Assembly (NCBI RefSeq): GCF_902499555.1
Contig: NZ_CABVMM010000009.1
Location: 93,178 to 157,177, forward strand
Reading direction: 5' to 3'
Length of the DNA: 64,000 nucleotides
Source of the DNA: Mesonia oceanica
GTDB taxonomy: Bacteria; Bacteroidota; Bacteroidia; Flavobacteriales; Flavobacteriaceae
Part shown: positions 47,818 to 58,345 of the stretch, piece by piece
Layout: each line of letters starts with the position of its first letter
How positions within the stretch are numbered: the first letter of the stretch is position 1
Program-made: the position numbers and the translations under genes
The notes under the pieces: model-generated
Database searches by the model: none
Seen by the model: the letters and a program-made list of their open reading frames with translations, nothing else
Told to the model about the DNA's origin: nothing

Positions 47818-48657
47818 ATGAAAAAACAGGTATTAATAATAGTAGTTTTGCTTGTAATTTTGCCCTTAAGTCTTTCAGCGCAGGAAGAATTTACGGCAAT
47901 GACGTATAACATTAAATATGCTAATGAAAATGATGGAGAAAACAGTTGGTCGAAGCGTAAAGACTTTTTTGCCAATCAACTCAAATTTTACCATCCACAG
48001 ATTTTTGGAGTTCAGGAGGCGTTAAAATCACAAATAGACTTTATCGAAGAGATTTTGCCCAATTATGAACACGTAGGTGTAGGCAGGGAAGGAGGAGATC
48101 AAGGAGAGTTTAGTGCGATTTTTTATGATTCGACTAAATTTAAAGTCTTAGAAAGCAATACGTTTTGGCTTTCAGAAACTCCTAATGAAATCTCCAAAGG
48201 ATGGGATGCGAGTTTAAATAGAATTTGTACGTATGTGTTAGTGAAAGACAAAGAAAGCGGAGATAAATTTTATTTCTTCAATACCCATTTTGATCATCAA
48301 GGAGATGAAGCTCGAAAAAACAGTGCTCGATTAATCATTCAAAAAATAAAAGAAATAAATGCTAAACATTATCCCATACTGTTAACAGGTGATTTTAATC
48401 TAGAACCGGACACGGAAGCCATTCAATATATTAAATCTTATTTGGATGATTCTAAAGATGCTTCCGCAGAAATAAAACTAGGACCATCGGGAACATTTAA
48501 CGGGTACGATTTTTCAAGACCCGTTACCCGTAGGATTGATTATGTATTTCATTCCAAGGATGTTAAAATTAAAACCTATGCAGTTTTAAGCGATAACGAA
48601 GAAGGTAGGTATGCTTCCGACCATCTACCTGTTTTTGTTAAATTTATATTAAATTAA
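47818..48657 (+). CDS. Endonuclease/exonuclease/phosphatase (EEP) family protein, secreted
   Basis: 279 aa; signal peptide; EEP motifs (MTYNIKY, NTHFDH, SDHLPV). Confidence 0.7.
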   Translation: MKKQVLIIVVLLVILPLSLSAQEEFTAMTYNIKYANENDGENSWSKRKDFFANQLKFYHPQIFGVQEALKSQIDFIEEILPNYEHVGVGREGGDQGEFSAIFYDSTKFKVLESNTFWLSETPNEISKGWDASLNRICTYVLVKDKESGDKFYFFNTHFDHQGDEARKNSARLIIQKIKEINAKHYPILLTGDFNLEPDTEAIQYIKSYLDDSKDASAEIKLGPSGTFNGYDFSRPVTRRIDYVFHSKDVKIKTYAVLSDNEEGRYASDHLPVFVKFILN

Positions 48658-48721
48658 AATTATTTAATTAGCAATTAAAGTGTTAAGTTTGTTTTAATCG
48701 AAATTACTTAACACTTTTTTA

Positions 48722-49822
48722 ATGCGAATAAATTATTATTTTTTAGTTTTATCTGCTATTTTCTTAATCTCATGTAGCGATGACGAAGGCTACTCTGAAA
48801 TTAGCGATGAATATCCTCCGGGGGAAACCCCTAAAGAAGAAATGGTAAGCTTCGATTTAGAAGCTGTTCCCTATTCAAAATTATCCGATTATAATTTTTA
48901 TGATGGAGAGTTGAAAGCTATGGAACCGGTAAGCACTGTCTTACCGTACGAATTGATAACTCCACTTTTTACAGATTACGCTAAGAAAAAGCGATTTATA
49001 TGGATGCCGGCCACAGAAAAAGCTTTGTTTGTAGCCGATAAAGAGATTTTTAACTTTCCTAACAGTACAGTTTTAATAAAAAATTTTTATTACGAGAAGG
49101 TCCTGCCCGAAAATGAACAAAAAATTATAGAAACCCGTTTACTATTTAAAAGAAACGGAAATTGGGAATTTGCCGATTATGTTTGGAATGATGAACAAAC
49201 AGAAGCTTATCTCGATTTAGAAGGGAGTTACGTTGCGTTAGAATGGGAAGAGAACGGGGAGATAAAAAGTACAGATTATCGAATTCCTTCAGAAAATGAA
49301 TGCGTAACCTGTCATAAAACAAATGAGATGCCAATCCCCATAGGGCCAAAACCTCAAAACCTAAATAGACTCTACAATTATACAGATGGAGAACAGCATC
49401 AGCTTCAAAAATGGGTAGACAAAGGTTTTTTAGAGAGTTTTCCTAAAGAAATTGTAACTGTAAAAGATTGGACAGACGAATCTCAACCTTTAGAACAACG
49501 GGTAAGGTCTTATTTTGATATTAATTGTGCCCACTGTCATTCTGAAAATGCCCATTGCTCCTATAGATCATTACGATTAGCTTATTCAGAATCTGAAAGC
49601 TTAGAACATATGGGAGTTTGTATAGAACCTGAAGAATATATAGCTCCTGGTTTGCTTTATATAATTATGGGAAATAACAAAGAGCGGTCTAATATGTATT
49701 ACCGTTTAAATAGCGAAGATGAAGCTTCAAGAATGCCTTTGTTGGGCAGAACAATTGTACATCGAGAGTATGTTGAATTGCTTGAAGAGTGGATTAATTC
49801 TTTAGAAAATAATTGCCAATAA
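48722..49822 (+). CDS. Lipoprotein with two CxxCH haem-c binding motifs (putative dihaem c-type cytochrome)
   Basis: 366 aa; lipobox LISCSD; CVTCH (~aa 195) and CAHCH (~aa 270). Confidence 0.5.
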   Translation: MRINYYFLVLSAIFLISCSDDEGYSEISDEYPPGETPKEEMVSFDLEAVPYSKLSDYNFYDGELKAMEPVSTVLPYELITPLFTDYAKKKRFIWMPATEKALFVADKEIFNFPNSTVLIKNFYYEKVLPENEQKIIETRLLFKRNGNWEFADYVWNDEQTEAYLDLEGSYVALEWEENGEIKSTDYRIPSENECVTCHKTNEMPIPIGPKPQNLNRLYNYTDGEQHQLQKWVDKGFLESFPKEIVTVKDWTDESQPLEQRVRSYFDINCAHCHSENAHCSYRSLRLAYSESESLEHMGVCIEPEEYIAPGLLYIIMGNNKERSNMYYRLNSEDEASRMPLLGRTIVHREYVELLEEWINSLENNCQ

Positions 49823-49838
49823 CCTTAAACTTAAACCA

Positions 49839-51839
49839 ATGAAAAAAATTACTTTTTTTACCTTATGTATCGCAAGTATAAGCTTGTGTATGGCTCAAGA
49901 TCTTTGTGAAGAAGCTCTAGGAGTTGATTTTGGAACCTATTCGGTAGGTGGGATCGATGGAGAACCCGCACCAGAAAACTGTATTAACCTTTTTAATAAT
50001 GGAGAAGCGGGCGAATGGTACAAATTTGTACCCCAACAAGATTATTACCTTGAAATTAGTACAGATTTAGCAGTGAATACGGGGAAAGATACACGTTTTC
50101 ATGTGTATGTAGGAAACTGTGATGACTTGACTTGCTTAGGGGGGGATGAAGATTCCGGTAACAATCTTTTATCTAAATTCCATTTTAATGCTACTCAAGG
50201 AACCACTTATTTTATAGTGTTTGATAACAAATGGTCCAGTGAAGGTTTTGATTTCGAAATTTCTGAATATGTAGCACCTGAAACTTTAATAGCTTTTGAA
50301 GCTTCCGTTATCAATCCAATGCCTCCTGGAAATACCTTAGGAGCAGTAGATATGACAGGAGATTTTTTAGATGACATTGTTTCTATAGCCGCAGATAATG
50401 TAAATATTCTAGAACAAACCACTCCTGGTACTTTTAATGAAATTAATATACCCACCTCTAATGCACCATTTATTCCTTCTTGGAGTTTTGCGGTAGCCGA
50501 CTTTGATAGAAATGGTTTTAATGATTTGTTGTATGGGGGGGGGGCTGGAGTAACTTTTATGAAAGCTTCTAGTGATGGAACAAGTTTTACAGAAATTAGC
50601 GATGATCAATTTGTGTTTTCACAACGTTCAAATTTTGTAGATATTAATAAAGATGGACATTTAGATGCATTTGTTTGTCACGATTGGGAACCCAATGTGT
50701 ATTATTTAAATGATGGTTTTGGTAATTTAGTTTTTAATCAAGGCGGTTTAGGAGATTCAGAACAAGGAGGTAATTATGGGTCTATCTGGGTAGATTATGA
50801 TAATGATGGCGATTTAGATTTATTTATAGCAAAATGTAGAGGTGGTAATACTGAAATTAAAATAAACCAAATGCATAGAAATAATGGGGACGGTACCTTT
50901 TCTGAAGTAGCGGAAGAAATTGGATTGGCAGACCCTATTCAAACTTGGTCTTCTGCTTGGGCAGATTTTGATAACAATGGTTTTATGGATGTTTTTGTAG
51001 GAGCAAGTTCGTTTGAGGATGGAAGTCATAAGCTCATGTATAATAACGGTGATGGCACATTTACCGATTTTACTACAGGAACAGGCATAGAAAATATGAT
51101 GTCTATGGGAACAGAAAATGTAGCCTATGATTTTAATAATGATGGCTATGTGGATATTTATGGAATCGGAGGGAGAATCTTGATTAATAATGGTGATATG
51201 ACTTTCACTGACGCACAAATCGATATCCCTAATGGACCTGTGGGCGATTTTAATAACGATGGATTTTTAGATATTATCGATTACGATAAAATTCAATACA
51301 ACCAACCCAACGGAAACAACTGGCTAAAAGTAGCACTTGTCGGTACAGAAAGTAATATCAATGGAATTGGAGCGAGAATTGAAGTGATCAGTGCGCTGGG
51401 TAAACAAATTAGAGATGTGAAAGCCGGTATTGGTTTTAGATATATGAATAGTTTAAATACCCATTTTGGTATAGGAGAAGATACAGAAATTTCCAAAGTC
51501 ATTGTGAAATGGCCTTCAGGAATTGTTGATGAAATAAGTAACCCAGATTTTAATAAAACCCTTGTGGTAGAGGAAGGATCTTTCCTTTCTGTAAATAAAA
51601 CGGCATACAAAAACTTGAGTTTATATCCTAACCCTGCCACAGAGGTGATACATATCAATTCGGCTTTTAATATTGAAGGTGAGAAATACGAAGTATTCTC
51701 TATTACAGGACAAAGACAGATCTCAGGAACCATTCAACAAGCTAGTTCTATTCAAATAGATCGATTAAGTTCAGGTATTTATTTTTTAAAAGTTTATGCA
51801 AATGGAAAAGTATTTCAGCGGAAATTTATAAAAGAATAA
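49839..51839 (+). CDS. FG-GAP/ASPIC-UnbV (CRTAC1-like) beta-propeller protein with T9SS C-terminal sorting domain
   Basis: 666 aa; signal peptide; repeated FDxNxDGxxD motifs (FDRNGFNDLL, DYDNDGDLDLF, DFDNNGFMDVF, DFNNDGYVDIY); UnbV_ASPIC-like KVIVKWPSG; C-terminal LSLYPNPATEVIHI...SGIYFLKV. Confidence 0.7.
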   Translation: MKKITFFTLCIASISLCMAQDLCEEALGVDFGTYSVGGIDGEPAPENCINLFNNGEAGEWYKFVPQQDYYLEISTDLAVNTGKDTRFHVYVGNCDDLTCLGGDEDSGNNLLSKFHFNATQGTTYFIVFDNKWSSEGFDFEISEYVAPETLIAFEASVINPMPPGNTLGAVDMTGDFLDDIVSIAADNVNILEQTTPGTFNEINIPTSNAPFIPSWSFAVADFDRNGFNDLLYGGGAGVTFMKASSDGTSFTEISDDQFVFSQRSNFVDINKDGHLDAFVCHDWEPNVYYLNDGFGNLVFNQGGLGDSEQGGNYGSIWVDYDNDGDLDLFIAKCRGGNTEIKINQMHRNNGDGTFSEVAEEIGLADPIQTWSSAWADFDNNGFMDVFVGASSFEDGSHKLMYNNGDGTFTDFTTGTGIENMMSMGTENVAYDFNNDGYVDIYGIGGRILINNGDMTFTDAQIDIPNGPVGDFNNDGFLDIIDYDKIQYNQPNGNNWLKVALVGTESNINGIGARIEVISALGKQIRDVKAGIGFRYMNSLNTHFGIGEDTEISKVIVKWPSGIVDEISNPDFNKTLVVEEGSFLSVNKTAYKNLSLYPNPATEVIHINSAFNIEGEKYEVFSITGQRQISGTIQQASSIQIDRLSSGIYFLKVYANGKVFQRKFIKE

Positions 51840-51844
51840 CAAAC

Positions 51845-51875
51845 AAAAAAGCAGGCTGAAGAGCCTGCTTTTTTG
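51845..51875. terminator. Bidirectional terminator aaaaaaGCAGGCTgaagAGCCTGCtttttt between convergent genes
   Basis: Direct reading. Confidence 0.6.
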
Positions 51876-51878
51876 TTT

Positions 51879-53228
51879 TTAAGAAGCTGAACTCCAATCT
51901 ATTTTTCGGGAAGCAAACATGATGATTGCTAGAATCATAAATAACCCAATACTTCCTATTAATAAAGCATAATTTTCAAGTTGAATAATAACGTAAATAA
52001 AACTGTACACTCCTGCCAAAGAGAAACTAATGAGTAACGGGAATTTGATATTTTTAAAAATGAACCGGGAGTAAATCCCTATTAACACCAAGACCGAACT
52101 ACCGGCGATGAGATAAGCTTTAAAATAGGTAGCATGTTCAGAAATGGAAATGAGTAAACTGTAAAACATCACTAAGGCCAAACCAATCATTAAATATTGA
52201 AATGGATGGATGTAAATTTTGCTCACTAATTGAATCAAGAAGAAAACAATTAACGTTAAGCTAATCACCATAAAACCATATTTGGCAGTACGTTCATTTT
52301 TCTGATAATCATCAACAGGAATAATTAAATTGGTGCCGAAAGCAAATTGCGTGAGGTCGGGTAAATTTCCTTTAAACGATTGCTCAAATTGCCGGTTAAT
52401 TTGTAAGATTTTCCATTCTGCTTTAAATCCATTTTCGGTGATTTCGCGGGAACCATCTTCCGGTAAAAAGTTACCATCAAAACTAGGTGAAGCCCAATTG
52501 GAAATCATTTTCGCTTCTGTAGTTTTTCCTATCGGGATAAATTTTAATCGTTCACTTCCATTGATATCAATGTTTAGTTGAAAAGGAATCTTTTCATCTT
52601 TCACCTCTGCGAATTTAGAAATCGCTTCCGATTGTAAGGTCTTTAAGTTCTCTTGATTGTAAATAGGCATTAATGGAGAAGAAAGCGAAGCTAATTGTAT
52701 TTCTAACTGATTTTTAATTCCTTTTAGATTCGAAGTTTTAACCAATATACTGGCTTTTTCCCATAGCACATTTTCTGTAGGAATTTCAAATTCTTCCGTA
52801 GAAATTTTAGGGAAAAATCCTTTTAAATTTATTTGAGAATGATAAACAACCGACTTGTAAATACTACGTTCCAAAGGTTTGGTTTTTACATTAGCATCGA
52901 TAATTAATTCGTCCGGGAAGTAGTACAAATAGGAGAGGTGTTCTTCTTTTTTGGTGAGCATTTCTTCCCGTTTTTTATCGTATTCTTTTATTTCTGTATA
53001 ATAATGATAGGGGATTTTTAAAATAGGACCGGAGAGCAAAACTTCGTTTCCCCATTTTTGGTTGATCTCTGAAATCACTTGCGATTGCCGATTGGAGCGT
53101 TCATAAATAATATTTTTAACAAAACTAAGCGGTATGAGCAAGGCTAAGGCTAAAATACCTACAATGAGCATTTTGGCGGTGATGGAGTTTCTTAACCAAT
53201 TTCCAAATTTTCCTTTTTGATTTTCCAT
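51879..53228 (-). CDS. creD: Cell envelope integrity inner-membrane protein CreD
   Basis: 449 aa; N-terminal TM + LLIPLSFVKNIIYERSNRQ segment resembling E. coli CreD; C-terminal multi-TM block. Confidence 0.6.
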   Translation of the reverse strand: MENQKGKFGNWLRNSITAKMLIVGILALALLIPLSFVKNIIYERSNRQSQVISEINQKWGNEVLLSGPILKIPYHYYTEIKEYDKKREEMLTKKEEHLSYLYYFPDELIIDANVKTKPLERSIYKSVVYHSQINLKGFFPKISTEEFEIPTENVLWEKASILVKTSNLKGIKNQLEIQLASLSSPLMPIYNQENLKTLQSEAISKFAEVKDEKIPFQLNIDINGSERLKFIPIGKTTEAKMISNWASPSFDGNFLPEDGSREITENGFKAEWKILQINRQFEQSFKGNLPDLTQFAFGTNLIIPVDDYQKNERTAKYGFMVISLTLIVFFLIQLVSKIYIHPFQYLMIGLALVMFYSLLISISEHATYFKAYLIAGSSVLVLIGIYSRFIFKNIKFPLLISFSLAGVYSFIYVIIQLENYALLIGSIGLFMILAIIMFASRKIDWSSAS

Positions 53229-53734
53229 AATGATTGATTTATATTAATGTTGAATTGAAGCTGATTTGTAATAGTGGCTTTGCTAAAAACCATCGATTGA
53301 AATACTTTATAATCAAGGTGTAAAACCTGTTCATAATCAAAATGATGAAAAGGATGAGCCTGTTTCCCGATTTGATAAGATTGTAGATAGAATGAAATAT
53401 ATTCCGGCAAAATGAGTGTCCCCAACAAAATTGCTCCGTACATATACGGACTTTTTTTACCATTGCCCATGCACAAGTATTGCAGACCAATTTCTTCTTC
53501 TACGCGAGTTCCATAATTAGTGAGTGTATGGTAAGCGTCGTGACGCTCAACTTTTGGAATGAGCTGAAAATTGTTCTTCTGTAAGAATTCACCTAAATGA
53601 AAGCCAAAAGTTTCTGTAGGAAATTGTAGTAGATCTTCTGTAGTGACTTCCCAAGGAATATGGTTCTTTTTGAAAAATTTAGTGTAAAGGCTTTTGGAAA
53701 TTTCAAATAGAAAGACGACAAGTTTTTTTCGCAT
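53192..53734 (-). CDS. Coq4-like protein (HDxxH-x11-E motif)
   Basis: 180 aa; HDAYHTLTNYGTRVEEE matches the Coq4 zinc-ligand motif. Confidence 0.45.
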   Translation of the reverse strand: MRKKLVVFLFEISKSLYTKFFKKNHIPWEVTTEDLLQFPTETFGFHLGEFLQKNNFQLIPKVERHDAYHTLTNYGTRVEEEIGLQYLCMGNGKKSPYMYGAILLGTLILPEYISFYLQSYQIGKQAHPFHHFDYEQVLHLDYKVFQSMVFSKATITNQLQFNININQSLWKIKKENLEIG

Positions 53735-53788
53735 AATGATTAATTTTAAAGTACTTTGAATCGCAAAGTTTATAGGTAAAAAAATAGA

Positions 53789-54556
53789 TTAGTTAGGTTG
53801 ACGGTCTAAGGCTTTGATTTCGGATTTATAGGCATTGGGTAAAATAAGTGCTTTAAGAAAAACATCGGCTTTTACCAATTGACTTAATTTATAAATGGGG
53901 ATAATTGGTTTTAGTAATGAATGCTTTCTGAAATTCAACAGCTTTTTGATAGGGGGCGGAGCCATTAAGGTTTGTGCTTCCAATACCAATTGATAGCGGA
54001 AATAACCTAAGTGCTTTTTATACTGAAGGAATAAATCTTGCGTATATTTACTGTAGGCAAAATTTTCTTGAAGTTGAAGTTTTCGCTGTTCTTCCCAATC
54101 ACCAAAACTATTTGGTAATTCGGGAATTTGCATTAATTTTCCTACACGATTGAAAACTTCAAAGGCTTCATTTTTTTCTTTAGAAGTTAGTTTTCGTTCT
54201 AAACTTTCGTAAGCACGAATCGAATAATCAATCAACATAAATAATACATCGCGATAGGCCCAATCGGGAATATTAAAACCGCGTTTTTCTTCAACTTTTG
54301 TGTGAATATAATTCATCTGCTGGATGGCTTGGATAGCTGCTTCCTCTTCAGCAAACACAATTAGCTTGGCATAATTCACAGTAGAAAATAACCTACCTAG
54401 AGGATCTGCCGGCAATTTCCCGGTAAAGTACAACCAATCTACTGCTTTATTTAAGGCAAATTCAGCAGCCGCTCCGGCAAAAATAAACATCACCGTATCT
54501 GCTTTTCCCCAAATTTGCCGTACGATAGAATTTTTTTGGACGAAGTATGTTTTCAT
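53789..54556 (-). CDS. DUF2236 (MpaB-like oxygenase) domain protein
   Basis: 255 aa; general resemblance to ER-bound oxygenase/rubber oxygenase-like bacterial DUF2236. Confidence 0.4.
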   Translation of the reverse strand: MKTYFVQKNSIVRQIWGKADTVMFIFAGAAAEFALNKAVDWLYFTGKLPADPLGRLFSTVNYAKLIVFAEEEAAIQAIQQMNYIHTKVEEKRGFNIPDWAYRDVLFMLIDYSIRAYESLERKLTSKEKNEAFEVFNRVGKLMQIPELPNSFGDWEEQRKLQLQENFAYSKYTQDLFLQYKKHLGYFRYQLVLEAQTLMAPPPIKKLLNFRKHSLLKPIIPIYKLSQLVKADVFLKALILPNAYKSEIKALDRQPN

Positions 54557-54614
54557 AGTAAGTAATTTTTATTTCACTTTGAAATTCAAAGTAGATATGT
54601 AAAAAAATATAGAT

Positions 54615-54914
54615 TTACTTCATTTGCTTTTTAATGATCTTTTCTAAAGCTTCAATATGTTTTTTAAACTCTGCTCTTCCCAATTTAGTAGCAATGTATT
54701 GCGTATTGGGTTTACGATCGATAAACGATTTTTCTACGATAATATATTCGGCTTTTTCTAATGCTTTTATGTGACTGGCAAGATTACCATCGGTTACTTC
54801 AAGCAATTCTTTTAACCGTTTAAAATTCACTTTTTCATTCACCATCAAAATCGACATAATTCCCAAACGAATTCGGTGATCAAAAAGTTTATTAATGTTG
54901 TCTATAATACTCAA
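54615..54914 (-). CDS. Winged-helix transcriptional regulator (99 aa)
   Basis: wHTH pattern LKELLEVTDGNLASHIKALEKAEYI. Confidence 0.5.
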   Translation of the reverse strand: MSIIDNINKLFDHRIRLGIMSILMVNEKVNFKRLKELLEVTDGNLASHIKALEKAEYIIVEKSFIDRKPNTQYIATKLGRAEFKKHIEALEKIIKKQMK

Positions 54915-54915
54915 G

Positions 54916-55521
54916 TTACTGTCTTTTTTCTTCTCTTAACATTAAGGCCCCGTAAACGATGTGAAGCACGCCAAAACCTAAAGCCCAAAAATATAAACCA
55001 AAACCCGGAAGTGCAGCACAAATGAGCCCTAAAATTAGTTCAGCGCAACCTAAATATTTTACATTGCCAATGGTGAATTTGGAAGCATTTATTAAAGCCA
55101 GTCCATAAAAAATAAGCATTAGTGACGCTCCCATACCATAGTGTTGTTGGTATGCCTGAATTAAAATATAAATTCCGCCAGCGACCAATGGAATTAGAAA
55201 ATTGACTAATAATCGTTGGGTGGTCGCATCCCAAATTTTTTCTCCGTTGCTTTTGGCCTTTTTTATCGTTAGGATAATGGCTGTTACGATACTCAAAGTC
55301 GCAATGAGTACCAGGTCTAAAATGATATATTCAAGTTTTAGAGTACTTTTAGATGAATAGTCAAACTGTTTCGGAAGAAAATAGATGTAAGCGATGGCCG
55401 CTCCTATAAGGGCATAACACCCGGCTAAAATTCCTGAAAGACCACTTAATGAGATAAACCTTGAGGATTTATTCATTAAGTCTTTAATTTCTGAAATGTC
55501 TTTAAAATAATCTTTTTGCAT
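54916..55521 (-). CDS. Hypothetical integral membrane protein (201 aa, ~5 TMS)
   Basis: Hydrophobic segments only. Confidence 0.4.
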   Translation of the reverse strand: MQKDYFKDISEIKDLMNKSSRFISLSGLSGILAGCYALIGAAIAYIYFLPKQFDYSSKSTLKLEYIILDLVLIATLSIVTAIILTIKKAKSNGEKIWDATTQRLLVNFLIPLVAGGIYILIQAYQQHYGMGASLMLIFYGLALINASKFTIGNVKYLGCAELILGLICAALPGFGLYFWALGFGVLHIVYGALMLREEKRQ

Positions 55522-55586
55522 ATTTAAAGTACTTTGAAAAACAAAGTAAAATTAAAAAATTGATTTATGCAAATGAAAAATAAAAA

Positions 55587-55612
55587 AAGCCTCTCCAAAT
55601 TAGAGAGGCTTA
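55587..55612 (-). terminator. Terminator hairpin GCCTCTC-caaatta-GAGAGGC with flanking A/T runs
   Basis: Direct reading, downstream of mscS-family gene. Confidence 0.5.
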
Positions 55613-55618
55613 AAAGAT

Positions 55619-57406
55619 TTATAATTTACTGCTTGACCCCTCGGGCGGGTAGTCTATTTTATTTTTGAGATTATCAATTTGTTCTTCTGTAAAACGGGGG
55701 AGAGGCATTTCTTTTTTGACTCTCCATTGTTCTACTGTTTCGTCTGTACTTTTAGAATTTTCTTTATCTAAACCATCGTCTTTTGCAAAATAGAGAGTTT
55801 GTGAAGGGAAAGCAAATCCGGTTCCGCTTTGCTTCACTACTTCCATAATTCGAAGCATAATATCCTCTCGAATCTCTAAAAATTCATTGTTATTATCAGC
55901 AACGATATAAGCGAAAATTTCAATATCCAACGAATGCGCTCCAAAATTCACAAAGCGAACTCTTGAAGGTTCTTCGTATACTTTAGGGTGAGAATAGAGT
56001 ATTTTACGAAACTCAGCTAATAAATACCGAATTTGATCTGGGGAAGACTCGTACCTGAAATTAAGGGTTGATATCATTCTAAACTTATCTCTAAATGCAA
56101 AATTTTCAATCGTTTCTGAAGAAAATAAACCGTTAGGAATAGTAACCAAAGTTCGGTCTAGGGTTCTAATATTGGTAGAGCGAATTCCAATTTTTTCGAT
56201 AGTTCCTGTAATTTGCCCTACACGGCAAAAATCACCCACTCGAATAGGACGATCGGCAATAAGAGTTACACTTCCTACAAAGTTTTCAACTGTTTTTTGA
56301 GCTCCTAGCGCCAAAGCAATACCGCCTATTCCTAAAGCAGCAAGACCGGTGGTGATATCGATTCCAAAGGTGCTTAAAATCGCAATTATACCAAAGATCA
56401 CTAAAGCTATTTTTGCTGCTCTTTCTAAAAATAAGATCACTGATAATCCTGATGGGTTACTCCTTAATTCCATTTGTTTTTTAGAAAAATCGCCGATATA
56501 ATCAATAAGGCGCCATAGTAAAATTAAAATAGCTGTAATGCCAATAATTAATGTAATCGTACTAAAATATTGGCGTAAAATGATGGAAAGGCCTGCTCTT
56601 TGACTAAATTCAATAAAAAGAAATACAGAAAAGTAAAGTTTTGCCGGTAATCTGAGGGCATCAATAATTCCAGAAATAGGTTCTTGACGAGATTTTTTCC
56701 AAAATAGCCTTAATAATTGTACAAGTAAAAAGATAATGATGTGCGTAATTACAAAACTTAAAGCAAATATTAATACCGCTATGATCCACTGTGCAGCAGG
56801 GACACCAGCCCATAAATAATGGTTTAATTTTGGCGGAATTATATAATCTATCCAAGCATCATATTCTAAACTTACTTCTTGTATAGCATCGAGGGTAGCC
56901 TCTGAAAATAACCAAATCAACTCTTCATTTTCAGTTTTTTCCCTATTAAGCAATACATCTATCGCCTTTTCATCGGTATTGATCATCCCAACTTTTTCAA
57001 AATTTTGAGCAAGGTTGTCATCGAGTTTCCCTTCGGGTTGATTACTAATGCTTGAATAAGGGAAGATTGTTCCTTTCTTATCAAATAAATGTTTTAAGAC
57101 AAGAACAATGTTTTCTCTTTCTTCTGCTTCATCGATGTCTGATGGATAATGAAGGTAATGAGACGCTTTCTGATAGTTTTTAGCAGCAATGGATTCAATA
57201 AACCCTCTAACACTTCCTCTTGGTGTATTTCTTCCCCAAGGATCGTTTAATACAGGTTCATCAATAGTTTCTTTTGAATTGCTTTTGTTTAATAAAGGAA
57301 TTTGACCAAAAGTTGCTGAATTAAAAAATAAAACAAAAACAAACAATAGTTTGACTTGAAAAATAGGATTGATTTTCATTTCAAATAAATTTGTAAATAG
57401 ATACAT
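55619..57406 (-). CDS. Mechanosensitive ion channel, MscS family (large, with periplasmic N-terminal domain)
   Basis: 595 aa; signal peptide; MscS core VTLIADRPIRVGDFCRVGQITGTIEKIGIRSTNIRTLD. Confidence 0.8.
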   Translation of the reverse strand: MYLFTNLFEMKINPIFQVKLLFVFVLFFNSATFGQIPLLNKSNSKETIDEPVLNDPWGRNTPRGSVRGFIESIAAKNYQKASHYLHYPSDIDEAEERENIVLVLKHLFDKKGTIFPYSSISNQPEGKLDDNLAQNFEKVGMINTDEKAIDVLLNREKTENEELIWLFSEATLDAIQEVSLEYDAWIDYIIPPKLNHYLWAGVPAAQWIIAVLIFALSFVITHIIIFLLVQLLRLFWKKSRQEPISGIIDALRLPAKLYFSVFLFIEFSQRAGLSIILRQYFSTITLIIGITAILILLWRLIDYIGDFSKKQMELRSNPSGLSVILFLERAAKIALVIFGIIAILSTFGIDITTGLAALGIGGIALALGAQKTVENFVGSVTLIADRPIRVGDFCRVGQITGTIEKIGIRSTNIRTLDRTLVTIPNGLFSSETIENFAFRDKFRMISTLNFRYESSPDQIRYLLAEFRKILYSHPKVYEEPSRVRFVNFGAHSLDIEIFAYIVADNNNEFLEIREDIMLRIMEVVKQSGTGFAFPSQTLYFAKDDGLDKENSKSTDETVEQWRVKKEMPLPRFTEEQIDNLKNKIDYPPEGSSSKL

Positions 57407-57428
57407 TAAATAATTAGGTTACTAAAAT

Positions 57429-57458
57429 AACAAAAGCCTTCAATGGAAGGCTTTTGTT
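57429..57458 (-). terminator. Terminator hairpin aacaaaagccttc-caat-ggaaggcttttgtt
   Basis: Direct reading between usp and mscS genes. Confidence 0.5.
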
Positions 57459-57485
57459 ATATAAAAAGATGGACGTAAAAAGTAT

Positions 57486-58343
57486 TTATTTAACTATCAA
57501 TAAGGGGCTTTTTAAACTCTCATTGAATAACTCTTCGGTTAAACTTCCTATAAGAAGCGAAGAGATATTATTTCCGCCTTTGTCTGAAAGTACCACTAAA
57601 TCTGGATGACGTTTTTCAATTTCAAATAAAAATCTTTCACTTACACTTTTATCTTTAGCATAAATCATTTCATTTTTATCTGGGGTGTTGATTAAAAATT
57701 TCTTGAAAAACTTTGATGATTTTTGCTGTAAGTGCTTTTCTATTTTCCCTACAGCATCATCTTTTGGAACATAGGGCGAAAACTGAATGGGCACGTGATA
57801 AATGTGAAGTGAGTTTAATTGAAATTTAATTTTGTTTCTAATGGGCTCTATAAATTGGAATGACTTTTTTGAGGGCCCTGAAAAATCGGTTCCTATCCAT
57901 ACTTCATCTAGTTTTATACTTGCTGTTTGAGGAACAGTAATTATATGGGATTTAAGAAGTCGCAACAACTTTCCTGTAAGCACACCAGTACCTGCTTTGG
58001 GTTCTTTGTTTCCAACAATGGTAAGGTTAATCCTATATTTGTTAGCTACATAATCGATAAGGGATTCTGTATTGGAATCTTCAGAAATGAGCACTTCCCA
58101 ATTCACTTTTGCCGTAAATCTTTGTTCTATTTTTTCATTGAGTTCATCACCTATAAGTTGATCTAAATTAATTTTGTTGAGTTCTTCTTCAAAAAGTTCA
58201 GAAATCTCATATTTTTTGATGTTATGAACAAAATAAACATTTTCAGCTTCTAATTTTTCAGCAAGAAAAGAGCTATATTCAATAAGGTGATTATCTATTG
58301 AAGAGAGGTCTAAGGCGACTAAAATATTTTTTACAGTTTCCAT
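57486..58343 (-). CDS. Universal stress protein (tandem UspA domains)
   Basis: 285 aa; NILVALDLS N-terminal Usp pattern, second Usp-like half. Confidence 0.55.
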   Translation of the reverse strand: METVKNILVALDLSSIDNHLIEYSSFLAEKLEAENVYFVHNIKKYEISELFEEELNKINLDQLIGDELNEKIEQRFTAKVNWEVLISEDSNTESLIDYVANKYRINLTIVGNKEPKAGTGVLTGKLLRLLKSHIITVPQTASIKLDEVWIGTDFSGPSKKSFQFIEPIRNKIKFQLNSLHIYHVPIQFSPYVPKDDAVGKIEKHLQQKSSKFFKKFLINTPDKNEMIYAKDKSVSERFLFEIEKRHPDLVVLSDKGGNNISSLLIGSLTEELFNESLKSPLLIVK

Positions 58344-58345
58344 TA

